Below, in pieces: positions 47,174 to 56,271 of a stretch of DNA of 64,000 nucleotides. The first letter of the stretch is position 1. Every line of letters begins with the position of its first letter. The DNA is from Rhodoferax sp. Lineage in GTDB: Bacteria > Pseudomonadota > Gammaproteobacteria > Burkholderiales > Burkholderiaceae_C. The position numbers were made by a program, and so were the translations under genes. The notes below the pieces were generated by a model. The model made no database searches. It had not been told where the DNA came from and worked only from the letters and a program-made list of their open reading frames with translations. The stretch covers positions 7,675 to 71,674 of the forward strand of contig JANPCR010000182.1 of the NCBI GenBank assembly GCA_031431035.1, in the 5' to 3' direction.

Positions 47174-47200
47174 CAGCGGGGCAGGCGCTGATTCAGTGGC

Positions 47201-48697
47201 TTATTCAACCACTTTGACGGGTTGCCCTGGCTTGGGTTCGCCACCGCCGTAATAGCCGTTGATCAGCCGCAACTGGGCCTCGCCCCCGCTCAAGGGCGTG
47301 CTGCGGGCCAGTTCGGCAAAGCCCCCGCGCGGGTAAGCGACCGACCGCATGACCCAGGGTTTGGCGGCGATGCGATCCGCCGCGTTCAGGGCGCGAAACG
47401 AGCCCTGCGCCTCTACCATTTGGGCGCGGGCGCGTTGCAGGGCGGCAGCGTCTTTGGCGGCGTAATTCATCAAATAATTGGCGTTGGACGGGCCGCTGAC
47501 CACGGTAATTTCAACCGCCTGTGCTTTGCCCTGCGCATCCGACCTGGCACCTACAAAATGCGTGGCTTGCAAACCGTTGATCACCAGGCGGTCGGCGTTG
47601 CCCTGGGTGGGCTTGAGCACATTGCGAATCACTTCATCGTGCGTTTTGCCAGCCTGGGGCGGCACGCCTTTGAGCACCAGGGCGGCGCTGCCTTCGGCGT
47701 TCACCAGGGCCAATTGCTCGGCACTGTTTTGAATTTTCCAGCCCACGGGCGCGGTGATGGCAAAGCCCAGCGCCTCATGGTAAAAATTGCGCCCCCGGGT
47801 CAGGCCCTGGTCAGCGCTTTCGCCAAAAGCCATGCCTGCAATTGCATTTTGGTAGCGGGCGCGGCCATCGTCGGCATAGTTGCCTTTGTACTGGGCGGCC
47901 AGTTGGGTGATGGTTTGCAGGCGCTGGTCGTTGCTGGGGTGCGAAGACAACCAACTGTTTTGCGCAGGCACGGCGCGGCCTTCTTTGGCGGCTTGGTCGG
48001 CGGCAAAGCGCTCCTGGTTTTTCAGCACATTGATCACGTTGATCATGTTTTTCGGGTCGTAATTGCTGCGTGCCAAGTACTCGGCGCCCAAGCCGTCGGC
48101 TTGCAGTTCTTGCTCGCGCCCGTAGGTAGCCACGTAGCCGGCGGCAGCGCTTTGCGACACTTGCGAGGCAATTTGCCCTGCCCCGGCGATGCCTTTGCTC
48201 TCCAGCACCGCACCCAAAACGGACGCTGCCAGCACGCCCAAGCCCGCATCTTGCTGGCGGGTGGCGCGCTGGGCACCGTGGCGTGCGGTAACGTGGCCAA
48301 TCTCGTGGCCCATCACGCCTGCCAAATCGGCCTCGTCGTCCATGTACGCCATGATGCCGCGGGTCACGTACACATAACCGCCGGGCAGCGCAAAGGCGTT
48401 GATCTCGGGGCTGTCCAGCACGGTGAAGGTCCATTTCAACTGGTTGCGGTGCGACAGCTTGGCAAGGCGCTGGCCCAGGTCATTCACGTAGGCTTGAAGT
48501 TTGGGGTTGTTGAGCACGCCGTACTCTTGCAGCACCTGGGCGTGGGCTTTTTGGCCTTCGGTCACTTCGTCGGCCTCGCTCATGACCGAGCGTTCGGCCT
48601 GCCCCGTGACGGGGTTGACCACGGCGCTGCCGCAAGCTGTCAGCAGGCCGGTGAGCAAAAGCGGGGTGAGCAGCAGGGGAAAAAGTTTGCGGTGCAT
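47201..48697 (-). CDS. M48 family metalloprotease lipoprotein
   Basis: Lipobox LLTACGS and a HEIGHV zinc motif; 498 aa. Confidence 0.88.
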   Translation of the reverse strand: MHRKLFPLLLTPLLLTGLLTACGSAVVNPVTGQAERSVMSEADEVTEGQKAHAQVLQEYGVLNNPKLQAYVNDLGQRLAKLSHRNQLKWTFTVLDSPEINAFALPGGYVYVTRGIMAYMDDEADLAGVMGHEIGHVTARHGAQRATRQQDAGLGVLAASVLGAVLESKGIAGAGQIASQVSQSAAAGYVATYGREQELQADGLGAEYLARSNYDPKNMINVINVLKNQERFAADQAAKEGRAVPAQNSWLSSHPSNDQRLQTITQLAAQYKGNYADDGRARYQNAIAGMAFGESADQGLTRGRNFYHEALGFAITAPVGWKIQNSAEQLALVNAEGSAALVLKGVPPQAGKTHDEVIRNVLKPTQGNADRLVINGLQATHFVGARSDAQGKAQAVEITVVSGPSNANYLMNYAAKDAAALQRARAQMVEAQGSFRALNAADRIAAKPWVMRSVAYPRGGFAELARSTPLSGGEAQLRLINGYYGGGEPKPGQPVKVVE

Positions 48698-48823
48698 GGA
48701 ATCTCCTCAAAAACTGGGGGCGTGGAATCGAAACCTGGGGGCGCTCGATACAAGGCTTGGGCCCTGATACAGCGGTGCAATGGCGTATTTTGCACAATCG
48801 CCGTGGCGCTTTGGCGGCAGGTG

Positions 48824-49072
48824 TCAAAAATGCGGCGGCAAGTCGTCTCGCAGGTTGCGCGGGGCGGCGTGGGCGTCTGCGGCCGCGTTGCTTTGCGCTG
48901 AATGGCGAATTTGGGCGATTTCGCGCATCAGCAGGTCGATCTGGTTTTGCTGGCGAATCACCACTGAGTCCAGCTTTTCAAGCAAATCTTCGGTGAAGCT
49001 CGCCTTGATTTCAAGCTCGGTCAGGCGCTGGTCGGTGTCGGTTGGGATGCTGGGGTGGATTAAATCGGGCAT
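48824..49072 (-). CDS. slyX: SlyX family protein
   Basis: 82-aa coiled-coil protein with RLTELEIKASFTEDLLEKLD, typical of SlyX. Confidence 0.8.
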   Translation of the reverse strand: MPDLIHPSIPTDTDQRLTELEIKASFTEDLLEKLDSVVIRQQNQIDLLMREIAQIRHSAQSNAAADAHAAPRNLRDDLPPHF

Positions 49073-49209
49073 GGCATTTTAAATTGGGGCGCACGGTAGG
49101 GGCGCGCAATGGGCACGGGATCGCAATATGCAATTGTGTGCGGGTGGGTGATGGTGAGCGACTCGGTCAACACGGTCGACGAGCAAGCCACGCCCTCGAT
49201 AATACGGGC

Positions 49210-50607
49210 ATGACTGATTTCAACTCGCTTCCCCTGTCTCCCGCCACACTGGACAACCTCAAACAGCTCGGTTACCTGGAGATGACGCCCATCCAAGCTG
49301 CTGCCCTGCCCCCCGCCCTGCTGGGCAAAGACCTGATCGCCCAGGCCAAAACCGGCAGTGGCAAGACCGCCGCCTTTGCCTTGGCGCTGTTGGCCAACCT
49401 GAACCCACGGCGTTTTGCCGTGCAAGCCATGGTGCTGTGCCCCACGCGCGAACTGGCCGATCAGGTGACGGTGGAGATTCGCCGTTTGGCACGCGCGGCA
49501 GACAACATCAAGGTTGTGACGCTGTGCGGCGGCGTGGCTTTGCGCGGGCAACGCGCCTCGCTGGAGCATGGCGCGCACATTGTGGTGGGCACGCCAGGGC
49601 GCATCATGGACCACCTGCAGCGCGAGTATTTGAACTTGGAGGCATTGGGCACCCTGGTGCTGGACGAAGCCGACCGCATGCTGGACATGGGCTTTTTTGA
49701 CGACATTGCCACCGTGGTCAAGCAAACCCCCAAAGAACGCCAAACCCTGCTGTTTTCGGCGACCTACCCGGAAGGCATCGAAAAACTGGCCAAACAGTTC
49801 ATGCGTGACCCAGTGCAGATCAAGGTAGAGGCGCAGCACACCGAAAGTCTGATCGAACAGCGCTTTTATGAAGTCACCCGCGCCAACCGGTTTGAAGCCG
49901 TGGCCGCCTTGCTGAACCACTTTCGCCCCGTGTCCACCCTGGCCTTTTGCAACACCAAACAGCAGTGCAAAGATTTGATTGTCTATCTGCAAGCGCAAGG
50001 TTTTAGCGCATTGGCCCTGTATGGCGAGCTGGAGCAACGCGAGCGCGACCAGGTGCTGGCGCAGTTTGCCAACCGCAGTTGCTCGGTGCTGGTGGCCACC
50101 GATGTGGCATCGCGCGGGCTGGACATCACCCAGCTAGAGGCGGTGATCAATGTCGATATCACTCCCGATGCCGAGGTTCACGTGCACCGCGTGGGCCGCA
50201 CTGGCCGCGCGGGCGAAAGCGGGCTGGCGCTGTCGTTGGCGTCGATGAACGAAATGGGCTTTGTCGGCAAAATTGAGCAATACCAAAACCGACCGTCGGT
50301 GTGGCACAAGCTGGACGAGCTGACCCCCACTGGCAAAGGCAAACTGCTGCCGCCCATGGTCACACTGCAAATTTTGGGTGGAAGAAAAGAAAAAATCCGC
50401 CCTGGCGACGTGCTGGGCGCGCTCACCGGAGCCGAAGGCGGCACCGCCTACACCCGCGAGCAAATTGGCAAAATTCAAGTCACCGAGTTTTGCACCTTCG
50501 TCGCTGTGGGCCGAGATGTAGCCCATGCCGCCTGCGCCAAGCTGAATGCGGGCAAGGTGAAGGGCAAAAGTGTGCGGGTGCGGATGATGGTGGGGGATGG
50601 GGAGTAG
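49210..50607 (+). CDS. dbpA: ATP-dependent RNA helicase DbpA (DEAD-box)
   Basis: AKTGSGKT, VLDEADRML and SAT motifs plus a C-terminal DbpA-type RNA-binding domain. ATG at 49210 preferred. Confidence 0.88.
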   Translation: MTDFNSLPLSPATLDNLKQLGYLEMTPIQAAALPPALLGKDLIAQAKTGSGKTAAFALALLANLNPRRFAVQAMVLCPTRELADQVTVEIRRLARAADNIKVVTLCGGVALRGQRASLEHGAHIVVGTPGRIMDHLQREYLNLEALGTLVLDEADRMLDMGFFDDIATVVKQTPKERQTLLFSATYPEGIEKLAKQFMRDPVQIKVEAQHTESLIEQRFYEVTRANRFEAVAALLNHFRPVSTLAFCNTKQQCKDLIVYLQAQGFSALALYGELEQRERDQVLAQFANRSCSVLVATDVASRGLDITQLEAVINVDITPDAEVHVHRVGRTGRAGESGLALSLASMNEMGFVGKIEQYQNRPSVWHKLDELTPTGKGKLLPPMVTLQILGGRKEKIRPGDVLGALTGAEGGTAYTREQIGKIQVTEFCTFVAVGRDVAHAACAKLNAGKVKGKSVRVRMMVGDGE

Positions 50608-50621
50608 TCCCTCAAAATTCC

Positions 50622-50747
50622 AAAGTCATATCACCGGTGATATGACTTTTCCCGAAAAACCGCCAAAACGCGATTTTATGAACAAAATAGGCCTCTAGCT
50701 CTCGAGATATATCAATAGTTTGCTATATATAATATAGCAATTCAAAT
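50622..50747 (+). repeat. AT-rich modular repeat, copy F
   Basis: Hairpin AAAGTCATATCACCGGTGATATGACTTT at 50622-50649. Box1 at 50691-50703. Box2/box3 ATAGTTTGCTATATATAATATAGCAA at 50715-50740. Confidence 0.9.
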
Positions 50748-50775
50748 TCTAAGCTGAGAACCAAAATCCTCGCTC

Positions 50776-52407
50776 TTAACCAGCTCGCTTGACCCGTTTG
50801 GCAGGACTGGCCACAACGGCTTTGCGAGGCGCCGTCTTGGTCGGTTTTGACGTTTTGGCTTTGGTCTTCACCAAGCTCAAAGGCGGCGCTGCCACTGGTT
50901 TTTCAGGCAATTTGGCTACGGGCGCTGCGGTGCTGGCAAGGACAGCAACGGGGGCTGCAACCGGGGTCAGTTTCAACAACTCGGCATGGGCCGCCATCAT
51001 GTACTTGGCAAGCTCGGGCAGGTCCGGCATGGCCTTGCGGCAGGCGATCAGGCCAAAATCCAGGTTGCCGTTGTAGCTTTGCACGGTCACGTTCAGGCCC
51101 AAACTGTGGGCAACGATGCTGACCGGGTAGTAGGTGAGCATTTTCGCTCCCGCCATGTACAGCGCTTGGCGCGGACCGGGCACGTTGGAAATGGCGACAT
51201 TGGCAATGGGCGGCATGCTGTTGGCCAGGCGCGACCGCCCGAGCAGCGACGCCAAGCCGCTCAAAAGCCAGGGTGCGCCGAGCGACGGAAAGTCCATCGG
51301 CATGACCGATTTCATGCTGGCCGTGGTGGCCTTGGCCGATGCACTGGCTTTGCGAATGGCCTGCAAGCGCTCTAATGGGTCCTTGATGTGGCTGGCCAGG
51401 CTGATGCGCATCATCGAGGCCTGGGTGTTCATGTCGGTGTTGCCTTCTTCGCGCAGGCTCACGGGCACACCGGCCAGCAGCGGCATTTCGGGGCGGCAAT
51501 TAAGGTCTGCCAAGTAATGGCGCAAGGCACCTGAGCAAATGCCCATCACCACGTCATTCAGAGTAACGCCGTTGCCTTTGGCAATGTGCTTCAGCTCAGC
51601 CATGGGCACTGAAAAGCTGGAGAAACTGCGCTGGTTGGTGATGCTGACATTGATCGGTGTTTTGGGCGCAAACCAGCTGGTTTTTTCGGCTTCTACCACC
51701 GTGGCTTCGCTGAAGTCTGCAGATTTGGAGGCAGATGTTGGGCGCAGCATGCGAAACCCCGTGCGCAACAGCGTAGGCAAGGTTTTGGCCATTTTGAAGG
51801 CCTGAATTGCCGAATTTTTGACACCAGCCGCCGCCAGCTCGGCAATGCCAAAGTTGTCGGTGCTCATGGACGGGCGGCGTGGCGCGGGGCGCACATGCCG
51901 TGGAATGGCCGTGACGTCCATGATGGCGGTGGCCAGTGCGACACCCGCAGCACCATCCAGCGCGGCATGGTGAACTTTGCTGTAAAACGCCACCAGCTTG
52001 GTGCCGGGCGGTGCGTTAGCGGGTGTTTCTAAACCTTCAATGACAAAAAATTCCCACAGCGGGCGGCTACGGTCCAGCAGGCTTGAATGCAAGCGGCCGA
52101 CCAATTTGTCTAGCTGCGCCCGCGTGCCGGGCTTGGGCAACACGGTGCTGCGAATGTGGTATTCCATGTCCAGGTCTTCGTCCAGAACCCAGATCGGGTT
52201 GGCCAGCTCAAACGGCATGTTGACCAGTTTGCGCCTGAAAACCGGGGCCAGGTGCATTCGCTGGGCAATGTGCTCCCGCAGGTTGTCCAAAAAATCGCCT
52301 TCGTAACCGGCGGGTAGCTCGTAAATGTTCAAACCGCCCACGTGCATGGGCGTCTCGGGCGTTTCCAAGTACAAAAATGTGGCGTCAAGGCCGCTAAGGT
52401 GGTCCAT
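50776..52407 (-). CDS. wax ester synthase / acyl-CoA:diacylglycerol acyltransferase (WS/DGAT) with Ala/Lys/Pro-rich C-terminal tail
   Basis: HHAALDG catalytic motif and an N-terminal LDATFLYLETPETPMHVG stretch; 543 aa. Confidence 0.9.
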   Translation of the reverse strand: MDHLSGLDATFLYLETPETPMHVGGLNIYELPAGYEGDFLDNLREHIAQRMHLAPVFRRKLVNMPFELANPIWVLDEDLDMEYHIRSTVLPKPGTRAQLDKLVGRLHSSLLDRSRPLWEFFVIEGLETPANAPPGTKLVAFYSKVHHAALDGAAGVALATAIMDVTAIPRHVRPAPRRPSMSTDNFGIAELAAAGVKNSAIQAFKMAKTLPTLLRTGFRMLRPTSASKSADFSEATVVEAEKTSWFAPKTPINVSITNQRSFSSFSVPMAELKHIAKGNGVTLNDVVMGICSGALRHYLADLNCRPEMPLLAGVPVSLREEGNTDMNTQASMMRISLASHIKDPLERLQAIRKASASAKATTASMKSVMPMDFPSLGAPWLLSGLASLLGRSRLANSMPPIANVAISNVPGPRQALYMAGAKMLTYYPVSIVAHSLGLNVTVQSYNGNLDFGLIACRKAMPDLPELAKYMMAAHAELLKLTPVAAPVAVLASTAAPVAKLPEKPVAAPPLSLVKTKAKTSKPTKTAPRKAVVASPAKRVKRAG

Positions 52408-52437
52408 TTGCTTCTCCTAATCGTGATGCGAGTTGCA

Positions 52438-53202
52438 TTATCTGGCGTGAGTCACGCCGCCGTCCACCACCAAAGTGGAGCCGACCACGTAGTCCCCTGC
52501 CCGGCTAGCCAGGTAAATGGCGGCACCGGCCATGTCTTCATCGGTGCCTATGCGTCCCGCAGGAATGCGGGCTGACACCTCAGGGCCATGGTCGCGGGCG
52601 TCTTTGTTCATGTCTGATGCAAACGCACCCGGCGCAATGCCGCTGACCACGATGTTGTCTTTGACCAGGCGCAGCGCCATGCGACGGGTCAATTGAATCA
52701 AACCGGCCTTGCTGGCCGCATAAGAATAGGTTTCTTGCGGGTTGACTGAAATGCCGTCAATCGAGGCAATGTTGATGACCTTGGCACAACGCGACTCGCC
52801 GGCTTTGCGCAATTGCGGCATGAGCGCTTGGGTTAAAAAGAACGGAGCCTTCAGGTTGGTATCGACCACTTTATCCCAGCCGCTTTCAGGAAAGGCGTCA
52901 AATTCAGCACCCCAAGCGGCTCCCGCGTTGTTCACCAAAATGTCGAGTTTGCCTTCGCGCGCAGCAAAGGCGGTGGCCAAGGCTCTGGCCCCTTCCACCG
53001 TGGATACATCGCCCGGCAGCGACTGGCAAAACCCGTGGGCCGACAGCTCTTTGGCGGTTTGGTCGCAGGCCGCCGCTTTGCGGGCAGAAATGTAAACCCG
53101 CGCACCCTGAGCCAAAAAGCCAGCGGCAATCATGCGGCCAATGCCCCGAGAGCCGCCAGTAATGAGGGCGGTGCGACCCTGGAGAGAGAAAAGTTCGTTC
53201 AT
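52438..53202 (-). CDS. SDR family oxidoreductase
   Basis: TGGSRGIG Rossmann motif and YAASK catalytic motif. Lies 30 nt upstream of the WS/DGAT start, so probably in the same operon. Confidence 0.88.
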   Translation of the reverse strand: MNELFSLQGRTALITGGSRGIGRMIAAGFLAQGARVYISARKAAACDQTAKELSAHGFCQSLPGDVSTVEGARALATAFAAREGKLDILVNNAGAAWGAEFDAFPESGWDKVVDTNLKAPFFLTQALMPQLRKAGESRCAKVINIASIDGISVNPQETYSYAASKAGLIQLTRRMALRLVKDNIVVSGIAPGAFASDMNKDARDHGPEVSARIPAGRIGTDEDMAGAAIYLASRAGDYVVGSTLVVDGGVTHAR

Positions 53203-53349
53203 GGAAAGTCCTTGTGTATTGCTGCGGTGGTGATTAGGGAAAAACCAGGGTTAAAACTGAAATTTATCGGAAACTTTAGTCTTAAAGATTGTTCACATGG
53301 AAGCTTACGTCGAATAAACAAATCCACCTACCACCAAGGAGACATCCTG

Positions 53350-54873
53350 ATGCCGCTTACCCCCCAAAACTTAGCCCAGACCCAACCCTCTCGATCGTTG
53401 GCCCGCACTGCCCACGGCTCGATTCGCCCAGCCGCCCTGGTGGCGCTTGCCAGCGCATTGGCCGGTTGCGCCTCGATTTCTTCGGTTGACGCGCCCACTG
53501 CGCTGAACCAGGCCAACGCTGCCATGGGCGGCACCACGCTCAAATCCATTCAGTTTGATGCCAGTGGCACAGGCGGAATTTTTGGCCAAGCCTACCAACC
53601 GGGCATGGCCTGGCCGCAAACCAAGGTATCTAACCTCACCCGAGTGATGGACTTCGAGACGGGCTCGCTGCGCCAGGACATCGCCCAAAGCCGGGCCGAA
53701 CCCAACGGTGGCGGGGCCTTGCCGCTCTTGGGTACGGGCGAGCAACGCGCCACCGGCATGCTGCGGGGAACCAGCGCCTGGAACATGGCGGGGCCAGCGC
53801 CAACAGCATCACCGTTGGCGGTAAGCGGCCGAATTCATGACCTGTGGACGTCGCCGCACGGCGTCATCAAAGCGGCCCTGCAAAACAATGCCAGCGCCAA
53901 GACAGTCACCGAAGACGGCAGAAAGTTGACCGCCGTTTCCTTCGCACGCGCGGGGCACTTCACCGCCACGGCGTTCATCAACGCTGACAACCTGGTCGAA
54001 CGGGTCGAGTCCGTGCAGCCGCACCCCGTGGCGGGCGATACGGCAGCCACCACCTGGTATTCAGATTACAAAACGGTCGATGGCGTGAAGTTTCCAATGC
54101 GAATTCGCCAAAACATGGGCGGATTCGAGGTGCTGAACGTTGCGGTCAGCGAAGTCAAACCCAATGTGGCCTTCAATTCCGAAGTGCCAGCACTGGTCAC
54201 TGCATTTGCCGAACGGGTTGTGCCTGAAAAAGTGGCCGATGGCGTCTGGTACCTGGCAGGCGGGTCGCACCACAGCGTGGCTATCGAGATGCGCGACCAC
54301 ATGATGGTGGTGGAAAGCCCACTGTACGACGGGCGCGCCGCCGCGATGCTGGCTGAGGTCAAAAAGCTCTCTCCCAAACCGATTCGCTACGTCATCAATT
54401 CACACCATCACTTTGACCACGCAGGCGGCCTGCGAACGGCTGCCGCAGAGGGTGCCGAATTGGTGACCAGCGCCATGGCTAAACCGTATTTCGACCGAAC
54501 CTTCGCCAACCCCAACACGGTGGCCCCCGACGCCTTGCAAAAGTCGGGCAAACAAGCCCGCGTGTCGGGTGTTGACGGAAAACGGGTGTTTAGCGATGGC
54601 ACACGCAATGTCGAGGTGCATTTCATCCAAGGCAGCGTGCATGCCTCAGGCTTCAACATGGTTTACTTGCCGCAGGAGAAGTTGCTGATTGAAGCCGATG
54701 CCTTCACACCAGGCGCACCCAACTCGCCCCCGCCTGCCCGCGTCAACGACAATCACCTGAACCTGGTTCAAAACATGGAGCGGCTCAAGCTGGATGTCAC
54801 CCGCATTCTGCCTTTGCATGGTCGCATCGTGCCAGTCGCCGAGCTTTACACCGCCATTGGGCGAAAACCCTGA
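53350..54873 (+). CDS. MBL-fold metallo-hydrolase lipoprotein
   Basis: AAGGAG RBS, lipobox LAGC, and a HHHFDH metallo-beta-lactamase motif (INSHHHFDHAGG). Confidence 0.8.
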   Translation: MPLTPQNLAQTQPSRSLARTAHGSIRPAALVALASALAGCASISSVDAPTALNQANAAMGGTTLKSIQFDASGTGGIFGQAYQPGMAWPQTKVSNLTRVMDFETGSLRQDIAQSRAEPNGGGALPLLGTGEQRATGMLRGTSAWNMAGPAPTASPLAVSGRIHDLWTSPHGVIKAALQNNASAKTVTEDGRKLTAVSFARAGHFTATAFINADNLVERVESVQPHPVAGDTAATTWYSDYKTVDGVKFPMRIRQNMGGFEVLNVAVSEVKPNVAFNSEVPALVTAFAERVVPEKVADGVWYLAGGSHHSVAIEMRDHMMVVESPLYDGRAAAMLAEVKKLSPKPIRYVINSHHHFDHAGGLRTAAAEGAELVTSAMAKPYFDRTFANPNTVAPDALQKSGKQARVSGVDGKRVFSDGTRNVEVHFIQGSVHASGFNMVYLPQEKLLIEADAFTPGAPNSPPPARVNDNHLNLVQNMERLKLDVTRILPLHGRIVPVAELYTAIGRKP

Positions 54874-54897
54874 TTTTCAATTGAGAGAGAGCGTTCT

Positions 54898-55974
54898 TTG
54901 AGTTCGAATAACCCTGACAACTTTTGGCCCACCAGTGGTTATTCGACCTTAGAACGCAACAGCCGTGGCTGGCTGGTGCCCACTGACGACTACTTTCGGC
55001 TTTTTTTGGCACGACCCGAGTTGGCCTTGGTTGAAGAGTCTTGCCCTGCAGAAATCAGCCTGCATCAGTCTTTGTTGGCGCAACCCAGCCGACTTGTACA
55101 AGGTACTGAAATTGCCGCATTGGCAGATGCAGATGTACAGGCGAATTTTGGTCATTTTTTGCAATTCAGAGACGGCTTGATGGCCGCAGGCACGTTGGAA
55201 GCCTATTACCTGATCTTGATGCGCAGTGGCCAAGTCAAGGTGCCGCCTTTGTTTGTCGATTTGCTGGTGCAAGCTTGCCTGCGCAACGTGCTGAACGCCA
55301 CCACCGACGCGGTGCAGGCTCGCGCAGGCGAAATGCTGTTTCGGCCCCAGCGCATTCATTCGCAAGACGGGCAAATCCTGAGCGGCGACCAGACCGTGCT
55401 GGATTTGCTGAATGAAACTGGCGGCTTGGGCGACATTGGCCGCTTGCTGGTGGAAAGCAATGCGCCCTTGCGTGACGTGAACCTTGAGGTACTGAACGAT
55501 GGCAACGCTCAGCGTTATTGGCAAAGTGCGGATCGACACAACTATTTGTTGGACTTGACCCACGAGGTCAATAACGACTTGAGCCATGGCTTGGTGTTGA
55601 CCATGACCCGGGCGCGGTCTGGGCTGACGGCTCTGTCCAGGGTTTTGGAGCAGTGGGTTCAGCACTTTTTGGGCGTTTCGGTCACGATCAAGCCAGAAGC
55701 CAAAATTGAGGACGCGAATTGGCGCTGGCATGTTGGGCTTGATGTTGAATCAAGCGCTTTGCTGAACGACCTGTACGAAGATCGCCCCGTCGAAACAGTG
55801 CGTATGCAGCGGCTTTTGAGCCTGTTTCGCCTGACTTTCAACGACCCCGGTGAAATGCGCGCTGACGTTGCGGGCAAGCCGGTTTATCTGGCATTGGCCA
55901 TGACCTCAGACAAATTGGTCAAACTGAAACCCCAAAACTTGCTGCTGAATTTGCCAATTCGGGCGCTGATGTGA
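54898..55974 (+). CDS. conserved hypothetical protein
   Basis: 358-aa ORF with coding-like composition and an apparent TTG start. No motif that I recognise. Confidence 0.55.
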   Translation: MSSNNPDNFWPTSGYSTLERNSRGWLVPTDDYFRLFLARPELALVEESCPAEISLHQSLLAQPSRLVQGTEIAALADADVQANFGHFLQFRDGLMAAGTLEAYYLILMRSGQVKVPPLFVDLLVQACLRNVLNATTDAVQARAGEMLFRPQRIHSQDGQILSGDQTVLDLLNETGGLGDIGRLLVESNAPLRDVNLEVLNDGNAQRYWQSADRHNYLLDLTHEVNNDLSHGLVLTMTRARSGLTALSRVLEQWVQHFLGVSVTIKPEAKIEDANWRWHVGLDVESSALLNDLYEDRPVETVRMQRLLSLFRLTFNDPGEMRADVAGKPVYLALAMTSDKLVKLKPQNLLLNLPIRALM

Positions 55975-56054
55975 CGCAGCCTGACGATTGCCGCCAAATT
56001 TGAGTTCAGTTGCGGCGATAATCACGGGTTTCCTACAATTAATTGGAGTTCTCC

Positions 56055-56222
56055 ATGGCAAAAGCCCCCCGCACCGAAGCCGAACGCAAGGCCACCCCCC
56101 GTCCAGTCGCCCCTAAAGGCGTGACCTACACCGCACCCCGCGGTCAATTGCGCAGTCTTGAGCGCGGCACAGCGACCAACAGCAAGAAAAACCCAGGCAA
56201 GCGGCCTAAAAAAGGCGGTTGA
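56055..56222 (+). CDS. small basic Lys/Arg/Pro-rich protein (55 aa), hypothetical
   Basis: GGAG RBS 6 nt upstream of ATG 56055. Product MAKAPRTEAERKATPRPVAPKG...KKNPGKRPKKGG. Below the length cut-off of the ORF track. Confidence 0.4.
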   Translation: MAKAPRTEAERKATPRPVAPKGVTYTAPRGQLRSLERGTATNSKKNPGKRPKKGG

Positions 56223-56271
56223 ACTCGCGAACTTCGCTATCGGCCTGGGCACCAAGGAATGGCACAAGGAA

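Noticed and set aside
47222-48901. 559-aa ORF on the plus strand, the longest of many long antisense ORFs. Others include 1336-2457, 13816-14655, 31168-32133, 37827-38666, 49060-50037, 61159-62259 and 62435-63214.
   Set aside because: Each lies opposite a gene with clear family motifs (M48 protease, holB, tex, fadB-like, binding protein, dbpA, reductase, phasin). Their products are Arg/Gly/Ala/His-rich low-complexity sequences, typical of stop-poor antisense frames in GC-rich DNA.
9209-50747. Whether the six AT-rich repeats could be a CRISPR array or an integron attC series
   Set aside because: The copies are 2-17 kb apart, occur in both orientations, and are separated by ordinary housekeeping genes. 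There is no regular repeat-spacer periodicity, and no cas or intI genes are present.
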